The translations under genes were made by a program, and so were the position numbers. A stretch of 64,000 nt of DNA. It comes from Candidatus Latescibacterota bacterium. Lineage in GTDB: Bacteria; Latescibacterota; UBA2968; UBA8231. The stretch lies in the NCBI GenBank assembly GCA_965204725.1, contig OZ242005.1, forward strand, positions 2,848,001 to 2,912,000. The letters are read 5' to 3'. Of this stretch, positions 56,607 to 64,000 are shown piece after piece. The notes beneath the pieces were generated by a model. It was not told the origin of the DNA. It ran no database searches and saw nothing but the letters and a program-made list of their open reading frames with translations. Numbering within the stretch: position 1 is the first letter of the stretch; every line of letters begins with the position of its first letter.

Positions 56607-58841
56607 ATGAGCACCCCAAAACTACTAGAGGCCGCCGACGCGCCCGCGGCGGCGCGGATTGCCGCCGCCCTGCCCGCTGAGGAGGAGGTGCTAATCCGCG
56701 CCTCTACGGATTTGGCCGCCGACGGGCGCTTTGGCCGCCAGTGGCTGGTCGCCACCCCGCGCCGGGTCCTCGTCGTGCCCGCTCAGGGCGAGATCGTCGA
56801 TATCCCCCTCGCCTCGCTGGCCGAGGTGCATACCGACGCGCTCGTCGGCGGCGGCCAGTTGGCGATTGAGCGCGTGGATGCGCCAGCCTTATCGCTGGGC
56901 TATACTAGCTCTGAGGCCGAAAAAATGTCCGAGGTGGCGCGGGGCTTGGAGCAGTTGCGCCAAGGCCAACCCTTTGCCATCAATGGGCGCTTAGACCGGA
57001 CCCGCTGCGAGCACTGCCACCGGCTCTTGCCCGAGCGAAACGGGATCTGTCCGGCGTGCATCAAGAAGCTGGCGACCCTCAAGCGCATTGCCAGCTATCT
57101 CGGCCCGTACAAACTCAAAGCGGGCGTTTTGGCCTTCGCCTCCATTGCCACCACGGCCGCCGAGCTGGCCCCACCGCTGATTACCAAGCGCATCGTCGAT
57201 GAGGTGTTGGTCCCGGTGGAGGGCCGCGCCACAGGGTTTGACGAGCGCATTCACCTCTTGGGCCTGTTCGTCCTAGGCTTAATCGGCGTCCGCTTCTTTG
57301 CTTGGGTCGCCGAATGGGCCCACGGCTGGATTGCCACTTGGCTCGGCGCGCAACTCACCGCGGATATTCGCTCGCTTCTCTACCGCCGGTTGGAAATGCT
57401 GTCTTTGCAGTTTTACGACAAACGCAAGGTCGGCTCCCTCATCTCGCGGGCCACCCGCGACGCCGGCATGTTGCAAGACTTCCTCGTCAATGGCTTGCCC
57501 TATATCGTCATCAACGGCCTGATGGTCTTTGGCATCCTCGGGTTTTTGTTTTGGATGAGTTGGTCGTTGAGCCTGTACGTGTTGATCCCCGTGCCGCTAA
57601 TCATGCTGTGGGGGGTGATCTTCTGGCAGCGGCTGCGCGGGTTTTTCGTCAAGTGGGGCGAGGTCTGGTCTGGCCTGACCGAGCGCACGGTGGAGACGCT
57701 TTCCGGCATCCGCGTGGTCAAGGCGTTTGCCCAAGAAGGCCGGGAAATCGCGGCCTTTGCCAAGCCCAATGCTCGGCTGCGCCAAGTCGCGGAAAAGACC
57801 GCGATAAATCGCGGCGTGTTCTTCGCTACCATCTCGTTCCTAACCGGGTTGGGGGTCTTGGTCGTCTGGCTGCTCGGCGGGCTACAGGTCCTCGGCGGCA
57901 AGATGACCTTGGGCACGCTGCTGGCCTTTTACTCGTACATGTGGCTGTTTTACGGCCCCCTAGAGTGGTTCGGTCAAGTCAATTCTTGGATGTCGCGGGC
58001 CTTTGCCGGGGCCGAGCGCATCTTCGAGGTCATCGACACCCCGCCCGAGGCGTATGAGGACCCGACTGCAAAGCGGGTGCCGCGTATGAAAGGGGGCATC
58101 CGCTTCCGGGGCGTCACGTTTGGCTATGACAAGAGCAAGCCCGTGCTAAAAAACTTTGACTTGGACATCCAGCCGGGCGAGATGATCGGCCTCGTGGGCA
58201 AGTCCGGGGTCGGCAAGACGACGACCGTCAATCTCATCGCCCGCTTTTACGACGTCGATTACGGGGCCATTGAAATCGACGGAATGGACATCCGCCGCAT
58301 CGCCCTGCGCGACTTGCGCTCGCAGATCGGCATCGTGCTGCAGGAGCCAGTGCTTTTTTCTGGCACCATTGCCGAAAACATCGGCTACGGCCGGCCCGGT
58401 TCCTCCTTTGCCGACATCATGGCGGCCGCCCGCGCGGCCAACGCCCACAACTTCATCGTCGCCAAGCCCGATGGCTATGAGACCCAAGTCGGAGAGAAGG
58501 GGGCGGGGCTTTCGGGTGGGGAACGCCAGCGCGTCTCCATTGCCCGCGCCATCCTTCACAACCCCCGCGTCTTGATCCTCGACGAAGCCACCGCCTCGGT
58601 CGATGTGGAGACCGAGTTGCAGATCCAAGAGGCGATTCAGCGGCTCGTCGAGGGGCGCACTACCGTGGCCATTGCCCACCGGCTCTCAACCTTGCGCCAC
58701 GCCGACCGCCTGATGGTTCTCGACGACGGTCGCATCGTCGAGGCGGGGACGCACGCCGCGCTCATGGAGAAGCGGGGGACCTTTTACGAGTTGGTCAACA
58801 TGCAAAAAGAGGTGGCCGAGATCATCGCCATTAAGGAGTAG
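56607..58841 (+). CDS. ABC exporter (TMD plus NBD) with N-terminal extension and CxxC...CPxC motif
   Basis: CEHC..CPAC; GKSGVGKTT, LSGGE, LDEAT, AHRLST. Confidence 0.92.
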   Translation: MSTPKLLEAADAPAAARIAAALPAEEEVLIRASTDLAADGRFGRQWLVATPRRVLVVPAQGEIVDIPLASLAEVHTDALVGGGQLAIERVDAPALSLGYTSSEAEKMSEVARGLEQLRQGQPFAINGRLDRTRCEHCHRLLPERNGICPACIKKLATLKRIASYLGPYKLKAGVLAFASIATTAAELAPPLITKRIVDEVLVPVEGRATGFDERIHLLGLFVLGLIGVRFFAWVAEWAHGWIATWLGAQLTADIRSLLYRRLEMLSLQFYDKRKVGSLISRATRDAGMLQDFLVNGLPYIVINGLMVFGILGFLFWMSWSLSLYVLIPVPLIMLWGVIFWQRLRGFFVKWGEVWSGLTERTVETLSGIRVVKAFAQEGREIAAFAKPNARLRQVAEKTAINRGVFFATISFLTGLGVLVVWLLGGLQVLGGKMTLGTLLAFYSYMWLFYGPLEWFGQVNSWMSRAFAGAERIFEVIDTPPEAYEDPTAKRVPRMKGGIRFRGVTFGYDKSKPVLKNFDLDIQPGEMIGLVGKSGVGKTTTVNLIARFYDVDYGAIEIDGMDIRRIALRDLRSQIGIVLQEPVLFSGTIAENIGYGRPGSSFADIMAAARAANAHNFIVAKPDGYETQVGEKGAGLSGGERQRVSIARAILHNPRVLILDEATASVDVETELQIQEAIQRLVEGRTTVAIAHRLSTLRHADRLMVLDDGRIVEAGTHAALMEKRGTFYELVNMQKEVAEIIAIKE

Positions 58842-58854
58842 GATTAGACCATCC

Positions 58855-61068
58855 ATGCCCACCTTTTTGGAAAATCTGCCGCGCACGGTTGAAGCCAAAG
58901 TCCGCTCGCGCAAGGGCCGAGAGGAAAAGGTCCTGATTCAGGTCTCTACGGACATGGCCGGCGAGGACCGCTTTGAGCAGCGCTGGTTGGTCGTAACGCC
59001 GAAGCGGCTGATGGTCCTCGCGCCCAACGGCGCAAGCAGCGACGTGGAGTTTTCCCTGCAAGCGGTCAAATCCGCCCGCATTGAGGCGTTAGTCGGGGGC
59101 GGGCGCTTAGAACTGGAGCGCGGGGAGGGCGCACCGACCCACCTGTATTACTCCAACTCCCTAGCGCCCAAGTTCGCCGAGGTGGCCGAGGGCATCGAAC
59201 AGATCAAACAGGGCCAAGCCCTCAACCTGCCCCGCGAATTGGACCGTACGCACTGCGAGCAGTGCCAGCGTCGCCTGCCCGAGATAGGCGGGATATGCCC
59301 GGTCTGCCTCGCCAAATTCGACACCTTTAAGCGCCTCATCGGCTACATGCTGCCCTATCGCTTCCAGCTCGTCTTGTTGCTCGGTCTGACTGTGGCATCC
59401 TCGCTTTTGGAGCTGGCACCGCCCTACATCGTCAAGCATCTCATTGACGATGTGCTCGTCGCCGAGGCCGCCAACGTCAGCCTGCTCTACTATCTGGTCG
59501 GCGGCCTTTTCGCGATCGGGGTCGTCGAGTGGGGCGTCGGCGTGGTCCGCCGCTGGCTCAACACCCGGGTCGGCTTCCGCGCCATTGAGCACTTGCGCTC
59601 AGACTTGTTCAAGGCACTCCAGTACCTGCCCCTGCGCTTTTACGACAAGCGCAAGGTCGGTGCCTTGATCTCCCGCATGAACAACGACTCGGAGATGGTC
59701 GAGGATTTTCTGCTCTTTGACATGCCCTATATCGTCTCCAATGCCGCGATGATCGTCGGCATCTTGGGGCTGCTGTTCTACATGAACTGGGAGCTAACTC
59801 TCTACGTACTGGCCCCGGTGCCGCCGATTGTCATCGGCTCAAGCCTAATATGGAATCGCCTCCAGCGGTTCTGGGGCCGTTGGTCGGCGCGCTGGTCGCG
59901 GCTGACCACGCATCTCAACGAGTCGATCGCCGGCATCCGCGTGGTCAAGGCTTTCGCGCAAGAGCACCGCGAGTCCGAGCGCTTTGATCAGCGCAACCAC
60001 GCCCTGCGTCAAATTAGCGTCAGTGCCGAGCGCTCTTGGTTGGTCTTCTTCATGGTGACCAACTTCTTTATGAGCTTTGGCGGGTTCTTCGTGTGGTATT
60101 TTGGCGGTCGTCAGATCGTTGAGGGCGGGCTGTCGCTGGGCGAGCTCATGGCCTTTATCGCCTATCTGTGGATGCTCTACCACCCGCTCAAGTGGTTTGG
60201 CGATTTCTACAGCTTCATGGTGCGAGCCTTTGCCGGGGCCGAGCGCATCTTTGAACTCGTCGATGCGCCCTCCGAGCCGTTCGACAATCCAAGCGCCCAG
60301 CGCGTCCCCGGGCTCAAGGGCCAAGTCGCTTTTGAGGGCGCGGCCTTTGGCTACGACCCGGGCAAAATTGTCCTGCGGAACCTCGACTTAGTGGTGCAGC
60401 CGGGCGAGATGATCGGCTTGGTGGGCAAGTCCGGGGCGGGCAAGAGCACGTTGATCAACCTCATCACGCGCTTTTACGATGTCTCGCATGGCCGCCTCGC
60501 CATCGACGGGGTCGATATTCGCAACATTCGCCTGCGCGACCTGCGCTCGCAGATCGGCTTGGTGGCTCAGCAGTCGTTTTTGTTCAACGGCACGATTGCC
60601 GAAAACATCGCCTACGGCAAGCCCGGTGCCACATTCGACGAGATTTTGCGTGCGGCCCGCGCCGCCAACGCCCACGAGTTCATCGTCAAACAGCCGGATG
60701 GCTACGACATGGTCGTCGGCGAACAGGGCGACAAACTCGCTGGCGGCGAGAAGCAGCGCATCGCGATTGCGCGGGCCATTCTCCACGACCCGAGGATCCT
60801 GATTTTAGACGAGGCGACCTCGTCGCTCGACACGCCGACCGAGAAAAAGATCCAAGAGGCGATTCAGCGGCTGGTCCAAGGCCGCACGACTTTTGCCATT
60901 GCCCATCGGCTCTCGACCTTGCGCAGCGCCGATCGCCTCGTGGTGCTCGACGCGGGCAAAATAGCCGAGGTTGGCACGCACGAGGAACTCATGGGGCGCG
61001 AAGGCATTTTCTACCATCTGGTAAACACCCAACGCGAGACATCGGCCGTCATGGCCACTAGCGGCTAG
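58855..61068 (+). CDS. Paralogous ABC exporter (TMD plus NBD) with N-terminal extension and CxxC...CPxC motif
   Basis: CEQC..CPVC; GKSGAGKST, LAGGE, LDEAT. Confidence 0.92.
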   Translation: MPTFLENLPRTVEAKVRSRKGREEKVLIQVSTDMAGEDRFEQRWLVVTPKRLMVLAPNGASSDVEFSLQAVKSARIEALVGGGRLELERGEGAPTHLYYSNSLAPKFAEVAEGIEQIKQGQALNLPRELDRTHCEQCQRRLPEIGGICPVCLAKFDTFKRLIGYMLPYRFQLVLLLGLTVASSLLELAPPYIVKHLIDDVLVAEAANVSLLYYLVGGLFAIGVVEWGVGVVRRWLNTRVGFRAIEHLRSDLFKALQYLPLRFYDKRKVGALISRMNNDSEMVEDFLLFDMPYIVSNAAMIVGILGLLFYMNWELTLYVLAPVPPIVIGSSLIWNRLQRFWGRWSARWSRLTTHLNESIAGIRVVKAFAQEHRESERFDQRNHALRQISVSAERSWLVFFMVTNFFMSFGGFFVWYFGGRQIVEGGLSLGELMAFIAYLWMLYHPLKWFGDFYSFMVRAFAGAERIFELVDAPSEPFDNPSAQRVPGLKGQVAFEGAAFGYDPGKIVLRNLDLVVQPGEMIGLVGKSGAGKSTLINLITRFYDVSHGRLAIDGVDIRNIRLRDLRSQIGLVAQQSFLFNGTIAENIAYGKPGATFDEILRAARAANAHEFIVKQPDGYDMVVGEQGDKLAGGEKQRIAIARAILHDPRILILDEATSSLDTPTEKKIQEAIQRLVQGRTTFAIAHRLSTLRSADRLVVLDAGKIAEVGTHEELMGREGIFYHLVNTQRETSAVMATSG

Positions 61069-61082
61069 TGGGGAACGACCCA

Positions 61083-61613
61083 ATGACAGACAACCAAAAA
61101 CTAGCGATCACGCCGATTTCCGTTTCTCACCCCGAGCGCGTGGAAATCGACACGATACGCCTCTTCCGCGAGCCGGCGTGGATCTTGCGCCTGACCATCG
61201 ACGGCGACCGCTCGTACCTGAAGGTCAAGGTCGTTCGCGCCGCGCCCCTGTCCCATCCGACCCGCTATATCTGCCTCCTCGACGCCAAAGACGAGGAAAT
61301 CTGCATGATCGACGATCCCAGCCAGCTCAATCGAGCGGCCCGCGCCTTGATTGAGGAGGAGTTGGACCGCCGCTATTTGACTGCGGCCATTCAGCGGGTC
61401 CATGCGGTGCGCAACGAATACGGCACCTCGTATTGGGACGTGCAGACCGACCGCGGCCCGCGCGAGTTCGTCGTCCAGAACGTCGCGGAAAACGCCCAGT
61501 GGCTCGGCGACCACCGGCTGCTGATCACCGATGTCGATGGCAACCGCTTTGAAATCCCGCACCTCAACGAGCTGGACAAGAAGAGTCTGGCCGCGGTCGA
61601 GCAGGTCGTCTAA
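61083..61613 (+). CDS. DUF1854 domain protein
   Basis: VRAAPLSHP..YI, EEELDRRY, WDVQTDRG, ITDVDGNRFEI. Confidence 0.85.
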   Translation: MTDNQKLAITPISVSHPERVEIDTIRLFREPAWILRLTIDGDRSYLKVKVVRAAPLSHPTRYICLLDAKDEEICMIDDPSQLNRAARALIEEELDRRYLTAAIQRVHAVRNEYGTSYWDVQTDRGPREFVVQNVAENAQWLGDHRLLITDVDGNRFEIPHLNELDKKSLAAVEQVV

Positions 61614-61738
61614 ATCTCTGTACCGAGTTGTAAGTACTGCGACCTGCGCACTGATTGCCCCTATTTGGAAGTGTGATAGGCAATCGTTAGCTTGCTTCTA
61701 TAGCCAGAAAACCATGTACCCAACACAAAGGAACCGCC

Positions 61739-62464
61739 ATGGAAGCTCCCCAAGCAGCAATCAGCGTCGTCGGCCGCATGGTGCGCGTCTTCTACGCGCC
61801 GAGCGAGACCTTTGAGGCCGTAAGCGAGCAGCGCACGGCCGCCGACTGGCTGGTGCCGACCGCGCTGGTCGCCGCGGTGACGACGGTCGCGGCCCTTTTC
61901 GTCCTGCCCATCGTCACCGAGTTCAACCAAGAGGCCATGCAGCAGCAGATGCAGAGCATGTCCGCCGAAGAGCGCGAAATGGCGGAGAAATTCCAGTCCC
62001 AAGGCGCAGCGCAAGTAGCGACCCTAATCGCCACGCCGATTATGATGTTCATTTATCTCTTCACCTCGGCGGCACTTTGCCTAGTGCTGGGCAAATTGTT
62101 CGGCGGCTTACTCTCCTACGGCCAAGCCCTAGCCATAACCGCGTATGCCGGGCTGATCACCCTTCCCCAACAAGTGCTCACTGCGTTGCTCGTCTCGGCC
62201 AAGAGGACGCCGGAAGTGCAAATGGGGTTGGGGCTTTTCCTCTCCGAGGAGGCACTACAAAGTTTCGGTGGACGCTTTCTGGCCTCGATTGATCCCTTCT
62301 TAGTTTGGTGGATGGTGCTCATCGGAATCGGCCTGTCCATCGTCGGGCAATTAGACCGCAACCGGGCCTACATTGGGGCCGCCGTGCTGGCGATTCTTTG
62401 GATAGCCGGATTCGCCGGGTGGGTCACTCTCGGCGCGGCCTTTACCCCCAACTCCAATGGCTGA
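61739..62464 (+). CDS. YIP1 family membrane protein
   Basis: VFYAPSETFE N-terminus, about 5 TMs, IDPF..WW..LIGIGL. Confidence 0.8.
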   Translation: MEAPQAAISVVGRMVRVFYAPSETFEAVSEQRTAADWLVPTALVAAVTTVAALFVLPIVTEFNQEAMQQQMQSMSAEEREMAEKFQSQGAAQVATLIATPIMMFIYLFTSAALCLVLGKLFGGLLSYGQALAITAYAGLITLPQQVLTALLVSAKRTPEVQMGLGLFLSEEALQSFGGRFLASIDPFLVWWMVLIGIGLSIVGQLDRNRAYIGAAVLAILWIAGFAGWVTLGAAFTPNSNG

Positions 62465-63749
62465 GTCGGTCACCATGTCTCCCAAAAGCGGCAAGAAACG
62501 CCCCCTTCTGAAACTCCTCGTCTTTTTGCTGTTGGCCGGCTCGGTCGGGGCTGCGATCTACTTCAACTTGCAGCGAGAAAAGGACGAAGAAACCTATCCC
62601 ACAGCGCTCGTCGAGCGGGGCGAGATCGTCGATAAGCTGGCCGAAACCGGCCGCATCGAGCTGGTGCGCACCGTGGAGGTCAAATCCACGATTGCCGGCG
62701 AAATCCGCAACCTGCCCATTGAGGCCGGCGCGTGGGTAAAAACCGGCGAACTAATGGCCGTCATCGAGCCGGACCCCAATCAATCGCTACAATTATATCA
62801 GAAGCGTTCCAGCGTGGAGCAGGGCAAGATCGACCTAGCGGAGCAGGAGCGGAACTTTGAGCGTCAGAAGGCCCTGTTCGACCGCAAGATGATACCGGCC
62901 AAGCAGTTTGAGGAAGCCGAGGTGCGCCTGACCCGCGTGCGTACCAACCTGCGCTTGGCTCAACTCGAACTCCAGATGCTCGAAGCCAAGGCCAACTTGC
63001 AACGCGCCCAGCTTTCAGAAGACCAAGTCGCGCTTGACGAGGTGCGGGTCCTCGCGCCGATTGACGGTATCGTCATCCGCCGCAACGTGGAAATCGGCGA
63101 GGTGGTCGCCTCTGGGCTATCGTCCTATTCCGGCGGGACGGTCCTTTTCCAGATCGGCGACCCCAGCCAACTCATCGTGCGCGGCGACATCGCGGAAATC
63201 GACATTGGCCGAGTGGAGACCGGCCAAGACGTGGACATCGTCGTGGATGCCTATCCCGACACCACCTATCGCGGCCGGGTGCGCTGGATCGCGCCGGTAG
63301 GCCAGCGCAAGCAGGGCAGCACCATCGTCACCTTTGACACTGAGATCGAGATTACCGACGCCGCGCCGCGCCTGCGTCAGGGCATGTCCTGCGACATCGA
63401 CATCCTCTTTGCGCGGCGCGACAGCGCGTTGTACTTGCCGGTCGAGCAGGTGCTAGAAGTCTTTGACGACGAGGACGAAGAAGCCGAGCGCGGCCGCTTT
63501 GTCGCCTACATCGCCCAGTCGCCGGATTCGCTAGCCGCGGCTCCAGACAGCACGCGCCCGGACAGCGCGTTGCACCTGCCCCTGAGTGCCTTCGCCGAGG
63601 TGGAATTAGCCATCGGCATTGAGACCTCAACCCGCTTTGAAATCCTCTCCGGCCTCGCTAGCGGCGACCGCGTCGCCGAAGACCCAAGCCTCATTCGCAA
63701 CCAGCTTGAGCAAAAGGACGAGGAGCAGGACGAGGACGAGGAAGGCTGA
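62457..63749 (+). CDS. Efflux periplasmic adaptor (MacA/HlyD-like)
   Basis: N-terminal TM; VEVKSTIAG, VLAPIDGIV, LRQGMS, EILSGL. Confidence 0.88.
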   Translation: MAESVTMSPKSGKKRPLLKLLVFLLLAGSVGAAIYFNLQREKDEETYPTALVERGEIVDKLAETGRIELVRTVEVKSTIAGEIRNLPIEAGAWVKTGELMAVIEPDPNQSLQLYQKRSSVEQGKIDLAEQERNFERQKALFDRKMIPAKQFEEAEVRLTRVRTNLRLAQLELQMLEAKANLQRAQLSEDQVALDEVRVLAPIDGIVIRRNVEIGEVVASGLSSYSGGTVLFQIGDPSQLIVRGDIAEIDIGRVETGQDVDIVVDAYPDTTYRGRVRWIAPVGQRKQGSTIVTFDTEIEITDAAPRLRQGMSCDIDILFARRDSALYLPVEQVLEVFDDEDEEAERGRFVAYIAQSPDSLAAAPDSTRPDSALHLPLSAFAEVELAIGIETSTRFEILSGLASGDRVAEDPSLIRNQLEQKDEEQDEDEEG

Positions 63750-63922
63750 TGACTGACCTAGCGTATCTTCTCGTCGTCGAGTGGTCGGAAGAAGATCAGG
63801 TATTTATCGGTTCATGCCCCGGAATTGTTGGACCTTGCTGTCACGGATTAAACCGCAGAGATGTACTCCGCCAGCTAGTCCAAATCGTAAATGATTGGCT
63901 GGAAGATGAGGAGGTTGGCTAG
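63749..63922 (+). CDS. Short HicB-like protein
   Basis: Not in track (57 aa); ATG overlaps upstream TGA; VVEWSEEDQVFIGSCPG...HG HicB-like motif. Confidence 0.65.
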   Translation: MTDLAYLLVVEWSEEDQVFIGSCPGIVGPCCHGLNRRDVLRQLVQIVNDWLEDEEVG

Positions 63923-64000
63923 CTCAAAGCTGGGTGCATTTAAGTCCGCGTCTCTAACTCTAAGCGCAGCAAGGTCTGGGGCAGGAACTCGACGGGAATA

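Noticed and set aside
1-64000. tRNA, rRNA, riboswitch or prophage
   Set aside because: No cloverleaf, rRNA-like tract, recognisable riboswitch, integrase or phage structural gene seen by eye; a covariance-model search would be needed to exclude small RNAs.

Overview
GC-rich bacterial chromosomal window. The gene content (FlgD-Ig/CHU_C-tailed secreted proteins, a TWxxIK-tailed protein, CRTAC1/ASPIC-UnbV and TPR proteins, DUF6785-type transporter, Gfo/Idh/MocA paralogs) suggests an FCB-group candidate lineage such as Latescibacterota; this is inference only. Positions 1-32 kb are dominated by two divergent paralogous envelope modules. Together they hold six related large secreted proteins, of which the five complete ones end in TPNGDGxN[DE]...W[DS]G...PGxY...(V/I)(A/V)Y-COOH. 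They also hold two ~880-aa conserved exported proteins with Asp/Asn-rich Ca-binding-like loops, two SurA/PrsA-like PPIases, and TPR and FG-GAP proteins. A family-5 substrate-binding lipoprotein and a polytopic transporter lie between the modules. This is the best candidate for an undescribed secretion/surface-display or substrate-capture system. The rest of the window holds hicBA toxin-antitoxin islets, Rpn and Uma2 nucleases, oxidoreductases, a Tat-exported class V aminotransferase, an RND efflux operon with a TetR gene and a clear promoter/operator, an APS reductase, and a Zn-ribbon ABC exporter pair with DUF1854. There are also several deletion-remnant pseudogenes and small palindromic MITE/REP-like repeats, one inserted in frame in a signal peptide. 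No rRNA, tRNA or CRISPR array was seen. All family assignments come from motif recognition by eye, not database searches.
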